From assembly GCF_018350175.1 (NCBI RefSeq), contig NC_058368.1, positions 222,148,001 to 222,212,000 on the forward strand: a stretch of 64,000 nt of DNA, in the 5' to 3' direction. The notes under the pieces were generated by a model. The model saw only the letters and a program-made list of their open reading frames with translations, did no database searches and was not told where the DNA came from. Both the position numbers and the translations under genes were made by a program. The stretch's first letter is position 1. Each line of letters starts with the position of its first letter. The DNA comes from Felis catus (Eukaryota). Shown here piece after piece: positions 1 to 11,058 of this stretch.

Positions 1-64
1 TTAGGCATTATGTAATTGTTTTTATAGATTTACTCGGAAAAACCTCACTTTTTATCATTTCCTT

Positions 65-268
65 TTTTTTATGTTTATTCATTTTTGAAAGACAGAGACA
101 GAGCACAAGCAGGGGTGGGGTGGAGAGAGGGGGACACAGAAGCAGAAGCAGGCTCCAGGCTCCGAGCTGTCAGCACAGAGCCCGACACGGGGCTCGAACC
201 CACGAACCGCGAGATCATGACCTGAGCCGAAGTCGGACGCCCAACCGACTGAGCCACCCAGGCGCCCC
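65..268 (-). mobile_element. Can-SINE (SINEC_Fc type)
   Basis: Reverse strand reads GGGGCGCCTGGGTGGCTCAG head, B box GTTCGAGCC, (CT)n and A tail; TSD TATCATTTCCTT at 53-64 and 271-282. Confidence 0.95.
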
Positions 269-1444
269 AATATCATTTCCTTAAAGTGACTTCACGTTAT
301 GTTCTTCCAGTAACCAATGATGATAGTAGTGTTCTTAACAGAAAACATCATCTTCACGCCCTCAGCTATAGCTCTGGGGTGGGAATAGGGGTGCAGATCG
401 GGGCAGAGACAAGTTGTTTAGGATACCTGGAAATGTTCCTACTTTGTGAGCCTTAAGAACTTAATAACACTTTCATTCTTCCCTCTCTACATTCATTTTG
501 AAAAGGTGCCTAAAAAATTCCTTCCAGCAAGCAAACAACGGCGTCCAGAAAACCAGGTTTGGTCCTGCACTAGAAAGCGGTATTCAAACAGGGGGCCCAG
601 CTATTCAGTAGGAAACTCATGCCAGCTAATTCAGACTTTCACTCGAAGATTGAATATGACCAGCGCTGCTTCCAGCACCTGTAGCAGATGGTCAGCGGAG
701 CCGACACTGCCCCAGTCAGCACATCTCCGTCTTTAAATCCCCATGTACAAGTCACAGATGGCAGGGGGAGTGTCACTCTGTGGGTCATGGGCTCTGAAAA
801 CAGACCTCAGCCCACCTGAGACACACTGCTAAAGACATGCCTGCCTCGACTGAAAATGAGCCAAATCCAGGCTCTGCCCTGGGATAATCAGAGCACTGGA
901 CAAAAACCAGTGCAAACTCTAAGTGTGTATCTGCAGAGTGAGGGCTTATATGCACCCAGTATATTTAAATCTCGACTACAACACACATAAAAATCATTAA
1001 CAGAAACAAAAAGCTAATTTTTTTTTTCAATTTCTTCTTCCTCTCTTTGAATCCAGTAGGAAGAACGTCTTATAGGCGAAACGGAAACAAATGTTTTCTC
1101 ACCCTCCCCTCCTCCAAACCCCTTGACTTTAATGAAAGGTTACCACAGGATGGAAAGGTCCTGTAAGCCTGTTTTGTTTGCTCAGGCAACAGTTACTAGA
1201 ATTGGCCACCACTGTTGAAAAATCATGAAGTATCCATCTACACATCTATTTTGCTTGTATACCTTAGAAAAATAAAGACCATTTCATCTTAGCTCGTTGG
1301 AATATCTGGCCATGACCTCAGTGGAGATGTGTGCGTCACTTGTGTGCTAAGAAGACAGATGCCAGACTTTTCCTGCTGACTTACACCTGGGCTGCATCAC
1401 TCATGGATGTCACATGCCTGGTCCCTAGTTTGGAACATTTGAAA

Positions 1445-1627
1445 CACTTGTTCTCAAACTCTAAAGTGTCTCATATCACCCAGAGGGCTTGTTGAACAGA
1501 TTGTTCCAGCCCATTCCCAGAGTTTCTGATTCTATAGTGTCTTGAGGCTCAAAAATATGCATTTCTAAAAAGTTTCCAGATGATACTGATGATGCTGTTC
1601 TGGAGACTGTAACTGAGAACTATTCCT
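1445..1627. mobile_element. MER5A-like hAT-Charlie non-autonomous DNA transposon
   Basis: GTTCTCAAACT...CCCAGAGTTTCTGATTC...TGCATTTCTAAAAAGTTTCCAGATGATACTGATGATGCTG...GAGAACT resembles the MER5A consensus. Confidence 0.8.
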
Positions 1628-1804
1628 CTAGAACTAAAGTCAATCACCTAATATTTGTAGTATGTTCTTAATCCAGTATCACATTCTATGGCGCTTATGA
1701 GAAGAAGTTCCCTCAAGTAACATGAACTCCATTCATGGGTGTATTAATTTGCTATGGCTGTTATAACAAAAGACCACACACAGAGTGACTCAAATGACAT
1801 AAAT

Positions 1805-2017
1805 TTTTAGTTTTCATTTTGTTTAAGTTTATATATTTACTTTGAGAAAGAGAACAAGCTGGGGGGGGGGGCGGGGCAGAGAGAGAGGAGTACAGGGGAT
1901 CTGAAGTGGACTCCGTACTGACAGCAGAGTCCGATGTGGGGCTTGAACTCACAAACCATGAGATTATGACCTGAGCTGAAGTCAGATACCTAACCAGCTG
2001 AGCCACCCAGGCGCCCC
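1805..2017 (-). mobile_element. Can-SINE inserted in MLT1
   Basis: Ends in GAGCCACCCAGGCGCCCC (reverse-complemented head), with T-rich tail on the left. Confidence 0.9.
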
Positions 2018-2170
2018 AACAAAAAGTTATTTTTTAACAGTTCAGAGGCAGGAAGTTGAAGATCAAGGTGCCAGTAGGGTTGCGTTCTTCTGAGGTCTCT
2101 CTCCTTGGCTCAAAGATGGCAGCCTTCATGCGGCCTCTTCACATGGTCTTCCCTGTGGGAGCATCTCCCT

Positions 2171-2818
2171 GTGTTGCCTTGGGACCTCCATCCAGAGCAT
2201 CCCAAAGGTGTTGCTGAATGTTCTTGGTCTTATCACAAGAAAAAAATCAAAGACAGATGTGCAACACAGTGGACTAGTGAAACAAGTGGGATAGTTTATT
2301 TTAGTTCATTTATTTATTTATTTTTATTTATTTTTATTTTTTAATTTTTATTTTTGAGGGAGAGACCCAAGAGCTCGCAAGCAGGTGAGGTAGGAACAGA
2401 GACAGAGACAGTGAGAGAGAGAGAGATGAGGGGTGGAGGGAAGACAAGTGTGAAAGTTTATTAAAGCAAAAGAATACTCTAGAGATTTGGGAGTGAGTGA
2501 ACTTGAGAGACAGAGAGCGAGCGAGCAAGCTGCGCACCATAGGAGTTGAGTTCCTAACTTTTATTGACAGTTGTTAACTAGAAGGTGAATATTTATTGCT
2601 TGAAGTGGAGATGCAAAGTTTCATGCTTTTTCTTCCTTATTTGGTCAGGGATTTCCTGTCATGGCACCCACCATTTAGGGCCTGTATAATTTGATTTGGC
2701 TTTTTGTGGAGTGTTGGCAGGACAGACCTCTGACTTTCCAGATAGCTGGTCATAACATGCTCCTTGTTGTTGACCTCCAGGTGTCCTGTTAGAAACTAAC
2801 CAACTGCCACTCTAATAC
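2171..2818 (-). mobile_element. ERV-class solo LTR, probably carnivore-specific, nested in MLT1
   Basis: Starts TGT and interrupts MLT1 similarity; TTCTTGGTCT...AAAGTTTATTAAAGC gives a reverse-strand AATAAA typical of LTR R/U5. Confidence 0.55.
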
Positions 2819-2938
2819 CAATGTCTTCCTCTTTTTATAAGGATACAGGCCGTAAAGGCCTTGGGCTCCACCATAATGCCTTCATTTTCACTTAGTCACA
2901 TATTTAAAGACCTTATCTCTAAATATAGTTATGGTCAC

Positions 2939-3402
2939 TATATTAGTCAGGGTTCTCCAGAGAAACAGAACTAAGGGGATAAAGAGAGGGAGGGAGAGAG
3001 AGAGATCATGAAGGATTTTATAGAAAGTGATTATGGAGGCTGAGAAGTCACATGATCTGCCAGCTGCAAGCTTGAAACTCAGGAAAGCTGATGGTGTAAT
3101 TTAGTCCAGGTTCTAAGGCAAAAGAACCAGGGGAGCTGATGTTCAAGGGCAGGAGAAGATGGATGTCACAGCTCAATCAAAGAGCAAATTCACTTTTTGT
3201 CTGCCTTTTTGTTCTATTCAGACCTCAATGATTGGATGATGCCTTAGTGCTTTGGTGAGGGAGATTTTCTTTACTTAGTCTACTGACTCAAATGCTAATC
3301 TCTTCTAGAAACAACTTCACAGACACGCCCAAGAGTAATGTTTTACTACCTGTTTGGGCATCCTTTAGGCCAGTCAAGTGACACATAAAATTAACCATCA
3401 CA
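2939..3402 (-). mobile_element. MLT2B-like (ERVL) solo LTR nested in MLT1
   Basis: TATTAGTCAGGGTTCTCCAGAGAAACAGAAC start and CAGTCAAGTGACACATAAAATTAACCATCACA end, both diagnostic MLT2 termini. Confidence 0.85.
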
Positions 3403-3880
3403 ATTATATTTGGAAGTGCTGGGTATTGGGACTTCCACATATGAATCTGTCAGGGACACAACTCAGCTCACAACAGTGAGATGAAACAAATCACATGAAG
3501 TAGAAACTTATAAAAGTTTTCATACAAACTTTAGGCTGTCTTAGCCTTATCCTCAGAGGAATTTGAAATTCTATCTAGGCCACTATCTAGTGTTTGAAAA
3601 ACATTATCACAAGCTTGCAGTCAGTGTTTCTGAATCCTGTGGCTAAATTTCCTCTTGGAGAATCCTTCCTTTCTTTTCTGTGTCTGGAACTATTCCTATC
3701 CACATGATATATTTATGGGTTTTAAATTGGTCCAGCTGCACTTAATGGGATAGTTGCCCACAATTTCATTAGGACAGATAAATATAAAGAAAAAAACTCA
3801 GTATAAATTCCACCATCCATATGTCTCTACCATTAATTTTTGGTGAACATTTTTTATAACTTTAATAACACTTTGCTCAT

Positions 3881-4060
3881 GGGGCACCTAGTGGCTCAGT
3901 TAGTTAAGGGTTCAACTTCGGCTCAGGTCAAGATCTCATGGCTCATGAGTTTGAACCCCGCATCGGACTCTGCACTGACAGCTTGGAGACTGGAGTCTGC
4001 TTTGTATTCTGTGTTCCCCCCTCTCTCTGCCCCTCCCCCCACTCAAAAATAAATAAACAT
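3881..4060 (+). mobile_element. Can-SINE
   Basis: GGGGCACCTAGTGGCTCAG head and AAAATAAATAAACATT tail. Confidence 0.9.
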
Positions 4061-4089
4061 TACTATTTTCTTTTAATTTCCTCATGAAT

Positions 4090-4347
4090 TCTTCTCTCTC
4101 CCCCTCCTACCCTTCCCCCTTTTACTCCCCCTCCTTCTCCCTCCTCCTCCTTGCCCTTCTCCTCCTTTCCTTCCTCCTCTTCCTCCTCCTCCCCCTCCTC
4201 CTCCTCCTTCTTTTTCTTCTTCTTCTTCTTCTTCTTCTTCTTCTTCTTCTTCTTCTTCTTCTCCTCCTCCTCCTCCTCTTCCTTCCCCTTCCTCTCCTTC
4301 TCCTTCTTCGTCTTCGTCTTCGTCTTCGTCTTCTTCTTCTCCTCTCT
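4090..4347. repeat. Compound polypyrimidine microsatellite (CCT)n/(CTT)n/(CTTCGT)n
   Basis: Directly visible; it generates the poly-Leu, poly-Arg and poly-Phe/Ser ORFs. Confidence 0.95.
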
Positions 4348-4457
4348 ATACTATATATACATAGTCTAATTTTGGTTGTGTATGCTATTTTCTTACTTAT
4401 TTTTTCCAAAGCAAAAATATAACTACAATACAGGTATTTTAATTTAACTTTATTTTT

Positions 4458-4662
4458 CTCAGTGCATTAAAGGGGTTAAGACCCTGGACTCTGGAATCAA
4501 AGACCTTGGATTAGAAGCCTGGAGTCTAGAAGCAGTATAATTTTGGTGATAAAATAGTCTTACTTTTTACTGTTGTTAGGATTAAACAAGTTATAGTAAG
4601 TAAAGTCCTTAGAACCATGACTACTGTATAGTAAGTATCATATAAATATTAGGTATTATTAT
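4458..4662 (+). mobile_element. MIR fragment
   Basis: GGTTAAGACCCTGGACTCTGGAATCA...GTTGTTAGGATTAAACAAG...TAGTAAGTATCATATAAATATTAG. Confidence 0.65.
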
Positions 4663-4715
4663 AATTATTATATGAATATCAATTTATCTAAATATGTTTT
4701 AATAGTTGAGTAGTG

Positions 4716-4926
4716 TTTTTTTTTTTAAGTTTTATTATTTCTTTATTTTGAGAGAAAGAGTGTGAGTGGGAGAGGGGCAGTGAGAGACAGAGAGAGAGAA
4801 TCCCAAGCAGGCTCCACACCAGCAGTGGGGAGCCCAACACAGGGCTTGAACCTATGAACTGTGAGATCATGACCTGCACCGAAACCAAAATTGGATGCTT
4901 AACCAACTGAGCTAACTAGGCACCCC
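4716..4926 (-). mobile_element. Can-SINE (older subfamily)
   Basis: GAATCCCAAGCAGGCTCC body and GGCACCCC end. Confidence 0.9.
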
Positions 4927-5433
4927 TAGTATTTATTAATATGATCATATGTTACTTTAGTTAATTACATGTATATTGGTATGTATTTTTTGTTGTTATA
5001 TTTAAAATGGTTGCAAACATGTTCAGCCACTTATGAGTTATAAAGATGAGGAGTTTTGAACAATTACTATATTATTTTCTCAAGTAAATTCTTAGAAGTG
5101 GTAAATATTGATCAAATAATATGCATATTATTTCTTTTCAATAACCACACTGATAATTGAACATGTTATAATAATTTTATTCCAAGATAAATTTAATAGA
5201 GTAATTTACTTAGAATTTTGGCTTATTTTTTTTTGTTTCAAAGCATGATATTATATGCACTATGTCAAAATGCCACTTGAATTATACTACGAGTACACAC
5301 ACATACACACATATTCACATATGCTTTCACAAAACATTTTATAAACTAAACACCTGGGTTAGTAGTTTATATGATTGTTTTAGATATTTTAAAGACAGCT
5401 TGTTGTTGGGTGGATTAAAAATAGAATAACAAA

Positions 5434-5597
5434 ATACTTACCTGGCAGGGGAGATACCATGATCACGAAGGTGGTTTTCCCAGGGCGAGGCTTATCCACT
5501 GCGCTCCGGATGTGCTGACCCCTGCGATTTCCCCAAATGTGGGAAACTCGACTGCATAATTTGTGGTAGTGGGGGACTGCGTTCGCGCTTTCCCCTG
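5434..5597 (+). pseudogene. RNU1: Full-length U1 snRNA retrocopy (processed pseudogene)
   Basis: 164 nt ATACTTACCTGGCAGG...GCTTTCCCCTG, with only 2 differences from canonical mammalian U1 (5499, 5503) and an intact Sm site AATTTGTGG. 17-bp TSD AAAAATAGAA(T/C)AACAAA at 5417-5433 and 5602-5618, at a TT/AAAA L1 endonuclease site. No recognisable PSE in the AT-rich upstream flank. Confidence 0.95.
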
Positions 5598-5848
5598 GAA
5601 AAAAAATAGAACAACAAAAAAAGAATACATAGATGACGTTTTTAAAATACAATAAATATAAAAAGAAAAAGTAAGGCACTTAAATGTATAACTTAAAATA
5701 TCTGTGTCAACTGTAAGAATATAACGGCATGTCAACAAATAAGAAATGTGACTAAGATTAAATCATGCCCTTTCGTGGTTAAGAAAAGCATGATACCAAA
5801 AGAAAAGCAAGGAAGAGCTCATAGAAACATAATTGATTTAAATACAGA

Positions 5849-6050
5849 GGGGCGCTTGGCAGCTCAGTGGGTTAAGTTTCAGACTCTTGATTTCTGCTCA
5901 GGTCATGATCTCACAGTTTGTGAGTTTCAGCCCAGTGCTGAGCTCTTCTGCACTAACAGTGGGGGAGCCTGTTTGGGATTCTTTCTCTCCATCTCTCACT
6001 GCCCCTCCCCTGCTTATTCTCTCTCTCTCTGAAGATAAACTTTAAAGTAA
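5849..6050 (+). mobile_element. Can-SINE
   Basis: GGGGCGCTTGGCAGCTCAG head, (CT)n, long A-rich tail to about 6110. Confidence 0.88.
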
Positions 6051-6465
6051 TAATAAAATAAAATAAAGTCACATAAAATAAAATACAAAATAAAATAAAA
6101 TGTAAAATAAAGGAATATTTTATGTTTGCTAGTATTCAATAAAATATTATATCTCACTTATGGGATTAGTAAATATATTAAAAGTACAATAAAGATGCTC
6201 TATTATACTTTGTATGGAGTCTAAATTGTTATAAAGCATTTAGCAAAATATAATTTGGGAGAATATGTAAGAAAAACTGTTAAACAATGAACGTAACCTT
6301 TCCTTCCACTTGTAAAGAGATATTTCAAAAAATATTCTGAAATTCTCAGAGTTTTTTATAATTTTATTGTATAATGTTCTTTGTATTTTATTATGAATTA
6401 CTTATATAATGTTTACAAAATAAAAGAAACACATAGAAAGTAATTTTATTAAAATTGCACAAGAA

Positions 6466-6682
6466 GGGGCGCCTGGTGGCTCAGTTGGTTAAGTGTCCGA
6501 CTTCGCCTCAGGTCATGATCTCGCGGTTCGTGAGTTGAAGCCCTGCGTCGGGCTCTGTGCTGACCGCTCAGAGCCTGGAGCCTGTTTGAGATTCTGTGTC
6601 TCCCTCTCTCTCTCTGACTCTCCCCCATTCATGCTCTGTCTCTCTCTGTCTCAAAAATAAATAAACGTTAAAAAAAATTTAA
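6466..6682 (+). mobile_element. Can-SINE (SINEC_Fc type)
   Basis: Typical head, body and tail; TSD TTGCACAAGAA on both sides. Confidence 0.95.
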
Positions 6683-7192
6683 AAAATTTGCACAAGAAAT
6701 CTGGAAAATGTAAAAGCATACACGTAGTGTTTCAAAATAAAAATAAACCATATACTTGGGGGGAAAAAAAGCCTGGATGAAAACACATAAAAATAGTGTG
6801 TATGCTGGTTGCCTCCTGCTAGGAAAAATAATAATTGCTACAGGAAAATAATTATGACCAAGTTTAGAAGTAATAGAAGCGTTTCTTCCTCCCAAGTTTT
6901 TTGTTTCCTGTTTCGGAACAGGTTCTGATGAAAAGAAAACCTACCAGTGATACATTGTAGTAAGACACCAGAAGGTGGTTCTGGGGTTTTTATTGGTTTG
7001 TTTGCTTGTTTATTATTTTCCATTATGGATAACGATAAGAAGCTACTGAGGAAGAATTGCTGGCCTCCTTTCCATGAGATACTGCAAACTTGATGTTTTT
7101 AGAGCCCTTTGTTTAATTTTCACTGTGTGCCACTTCTGTTTCTTCACCTGAACTATGTTTCTTGAAGGCTGAGATGAATGGAGGTTAAAATT

Positions 7193-7402
7193 CGCCTGGG
7201 CGGCTCAGTCAGTTAAGCATCAGACTCTTGATTTGGGCTCAGGTTGTGGTCTCAGGGTTTGTGAGTTCCAGTGCTGCCTGGGCCTCTGTGCTGACAGTGC
7301 AGAGCCTGCTTGGGATTCAATCTCTCTCCCTCTCTCTCTGCCCCTCCTCAGCTCGCTCTTGCTCTTTCTCTCTCAAAATAATTGATAAACTTGAAAAAAA
7401 AA
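7193..7402 (+). mobile_element. Can-SINE
   Basis: CGCCTGGGCGGCTCAG head, CT-rich region, A tail. Confidence 0.88.
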
Positions 7403-7525
7403 GAACTGCATGGTTGATAATATCATCATTAATCAACCAATTTTACATAACACCCATTTAAAAAAAATAGAACCCTTTAAAAATTAGCAGTGTTAGTTCA
7501 AATATTAAAAATAGAGCATTAGAAG

Positions 7526-7701
7526 AGTGGCACCTGGGTGGTTTACTTGGTTGAACGCACGACTTTAATTTCAACTCAGGCCATGATCTCACGGTTCATG
7601 AGTTTGAACCCCTGCATCAGGCTCTGTGCTCACAGTTTGAAGCCTGCTTGGGATTCTCTCTCTCCCTTTCTCTCTATCTCTCCCCTGTGTACTCTCTCTC
7701 T

Positions 7702-7739
<38 letters not shown>

Positions 7740-7765
7740 GAAAAATAAATAAACATTAAAAAAAT
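7526..7765 (+). mobile_element. Can-SINE
   Basis: GGCACCTGGGTGG head, (CT)n, AAATAAATAAACATT tail. Confidence 0.88.
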
Positions 7766-8399
7766 TTATTCTGATCCACACAGTAGTAAGAAGGAAATGC
7801 CAACACTTTCCCCAGTTCTCATCAATTATGTCATCTTCTTTTTGGTCCTACACATAGATGATGGTGATGATGATGATGATGTTGATTTTGCATTGTCTTT
7901 GGTGTTTACCATGGGATTTGGTCCATAACTCATAGACAGACATGTGTTATCCATGCTTAACAAGTGCCTAAGATTTGAATCTCTGAAGAAATCACAATAG
8001 CTAACCTCAGCTTTCCTTTTGGGACTGGAAACAATTTTATTGAAGTCCACAATTGTCTTTCTGTGCATATAAAGGAAAATAAAATGATGCATCTCATTTG
8101 GTCATTTGAGATTATAAATATTCGTTTAAGAAAAGCTATTTACAGTGTGTGTGTATGTGATGGGGAAATACTAGTTTTTGACTGAACTGTAGACTAATAT
8201 AGGTATGCAATTTTGTATTCCAATCAAATAAATATCTAGAGAAAGCATATGCCTAAAAGCCAAATTGAATCATTTAGATAGTAAATACTACTCTGTAAAA
8301 AGCATCAATTGTTACAAATTAGAGTACTTAAGGTTTATCTTAAGAAGAAGATAAAATTGAAAGATATGTGCAGTGAGGATTGATATAGGTGAATGAAAA

Positions 8400-8445
<46 letters not shown>

Positions 8446-9318
8446 CCTGTGGAAACCAATTCTGCAAATATACACCAAATATTAAAATCGGTGCATTTAT
8501 ATATATATTCTCTTCTAACAACTCTGCAAGGTACTCATTATTATTCCATTTCATGCAAGTTAAATTTCAGTGCAGTTACCTGGCTTTCTCAATTCATAGA
8601 GCTATGAAGTTTTAGACCTGGAATTCAAATATCATTCTGACACAAAAACCCTAATATAGGAATTGAAGCTTAGGATTTAGGCATCTCAGTTGTGACCAAA
8701 GTAGTAGTGTATAGCTATAAAATATAGTAAGTCCCTAAACAATGGAAGTGGCAAAGGGGGAAAAGAGAAACATTATATGTGATACTCAAGGAAGTGATAC
8801 TTATTTTTTCCTCAGAAAGCTCAGTTTTCAGTACAGAGAACCATCTGTTTGTTCAATCTCAGTAGAAAATTAAACAAGCACACAAGTGAGAAAAATCTAC
8901 AAAATTTTTCTCTTAAATATTCTCATTAATAACTCCTCATGTAATCCATCAGAAAGATTTTCATATTCTATTTACAAAATATAGTTTTCTCTCATCATAT
9001 GGGTCAAAAGCACCCTTGAAACACAAAGTGGAATAGTTAAATGCTGTGACATGAGGGCTTCTATTCCATTCTGTCATTTTAAAAGAAGGGGATAATAATT
9101 GCCATCCCATCCTATTCAAAAACCCCAACCAATTTTGCTAGCAAAAGACGCTAAAATATCCATATAACCATTATTCTGGAAACATCGCACCTCTGGTAGG
9201 TGGGATTTATGTACTCCCAGCCTTAGACTTTTAGGTTTAATCTCTTTCAATGTATTTTATCCTATCAAACCTATTTCTAATGTGTGAGCCTTTCTATGTC
9301 TCTCAGGCTCAGTTGCAT

Positions 9319-9320
<2 letters not shown>

Positions 9321-9370
<50 letters not shown>

Positions 9371-9571
9371 TTTTTCTTTAAGTTTATTCATTTATTTTGA
9401 GAGAGAAAGAAAATGAAGGGGCAGAGAGAGGGGGAGAGAGAGAATCCCAAGCAGGCTCCACCCTGTCAGCACAGAGCCTGACATGGGGCTTGAACCCACG
9501 AACCACGAGATCATGACCTGACCCAAAATCAAGAGTCAGATGCTTCACCGAATGAGCCACCCAGGCATCCC
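9321..9571 (-). mobile_element. Can-SINE with (AAAG)n-expanded tail
   Basis: (CTTT)n run followed by reverse-complemented SINE body ending CCAGGCATCCC. Confidence 0.9.
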
Positions 9572-9769
9572 AGATCAGTTACTTTCTTTACTGATTCTTG
9601 CAAGTGCTTAGAAGATATTTTTACATTTTATTAATGTAGGAAAGATTATAGCCACATGAACAAACTATTTTAAGAACTAAACATGAGATTGATTCTAATG
9701 GGGAGGATAGTAGCACTCTGTGTGCAGAGCTGTCAACATAGTTTCCCCCAAACATGTACACAACTAGAT

Positions 9770-11058
9770 GTTTTGATGACCATAAACTGGGTAGTTTGAA
9801 CAACAGAAATTTATTCTTTCATAGATAGAGACTGGAAATCTGAGATCAGGGTTCCAGTGGGCTTGGTTTCTGGTGAAAGCCTTCATCCTGGCTTATAGAT
9901 GACCACCTTCTCATTGTGTCCTCACACACCTTGTGTGCACATGGAAAGACAGTCAGTCCTCATCTCTATTCCTTTTCTCATAATCTCCAGTCCTATGGGA
10001 TTATGGTTCCACCCTTATGACCTCATTTAACCTTATTACCTCCACAAAGGCCCTATCCTCAAGTATAGTCACATTGCGGGTTAGAGCTGCAGCATACGAA
10101 CTTTGCAAGACACAAACATTTTGTCCAGGACATTTCTCCCCTGGCTCACCAAAATTCATACCCTCACATGCAAAATGCATTATTCTTGTCCCAACAGCTC
10201 CAAAGTGTTAACTCATTCCAGCATCAACTCTAATTTTTTTAAAAAATATTTATTTATCTTTAAGAGAGAGAGGCAGAGAGTATGTGAGTAGGGGAGGGGC
10301 AGAGAAAGAGGGAGACACAGAATGGGAAGCAAACTCTAGGCTCTGAGCTGTCAGCACAGAGCTGAACGTGGGACTCCAACCCATGAACCACGAGATCATG
10401 ACTTCAGCTGAAGTCAGATGCTCAACTGACTGAGCCACCCACATGCCCCACGTCAACTCTAAATTTTACACTCTGAAGTCTCATCTAAAAAATGTCATCT
10501 AAATGAGATATGCAAGAGACTCATGATCCGATTCACCTGAGGCAAAATTCCTATATAGCTGTGAAACCAGAGAAGTTGTGAGCTTCTATGATACAATGGT
10601 AGGACGAGAAAAGCGTGGGCATTCGCATTTCAACAGGGAGAAACCGGAAAGAAAACAAAGGTGACTTGTCTCCCACAATTCCAAACATGAGTAAGGCAAA
10701 TTCCATTAGATTTTAAGGCTGGAGAATAATCCTCTTTGGTTTGGCCATTAGCACTCTAGGCAAACCGACTGGAGGAGTAATGTCACTCTCTCAGCTCCGC
10801 AGCATTTCTGTGACACTTCCGCGGTCCGTGAGGTTCCTGCTCATGCAGTGGCCTGTGAAGGCAGCCTTTCTCTGTGACACTGGACTGGATCTTCCCAGGC
10901 CACGGAAACAGGTGGCCCCAGCCCTGGATACTGAGGAGAAAATAACACTGGCCCTGGGTCTGTGGTGGAATTGGTAGTCCTGATGATTCCTGAGTTGACT
11001 TTAGGGTTGGGTCCTCAACCCATACATTTTTGGGGAAAACAAACATTCAGTCCATAGA
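9770..11058 (-). mobile_element. MLT1A-like MaLR: LTR, internal region and second LTR stub
   Basis: LTR at about 9770-10125 (AAACTGGGTAGTTTGAACAACAGAAATTTATT...CCCTTATGACCTCATTTAACC), internal-type sequence at 10126-11000, and LTR terminus AAACATTCAGTCCATAG at about 11041-11057. Confidence 0.7.
10234..10449 (-). mobile_element. Can-SINE inserted in MaLR internal region
   Basis: TSD TCAACTCTAA at 10224-10233 and 10453-10462. Confidence 0.93.

Larger units (their letters stand above)
1740..3475 (-). mobile_element. MLT1 (MaLR) solo LTR interrupted by three insertions
   Basis: Pieces at about 1740-1805, 2020-2170, 2820-2938 and 3403-3475 (ending GGGACACAACTCAGCTCACAACA) join into one MLT1B/C-like LTR. 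Confidence 0.75.

Noticed and set aside
446..900. 96-aa ORF and a possible minus-strand terminal exon in a slightly GC-richer patch
   Set aside because: GTG start, no recognisable homology and no convincing splice pair; at most regulatory DNA.
4084..4422. Poly-Leu membrane-like and poly-Arg protamine-like ORFs
   Set aside because: Artefacts of the (CTT/CCT)n microsatellite.
5434..5597. Functional U1 snRNA gene
   Set aside because: TSD and A tail, no visible PSE/DSE or 3' box, and a mutated U1A loop indicate a retrocopy.
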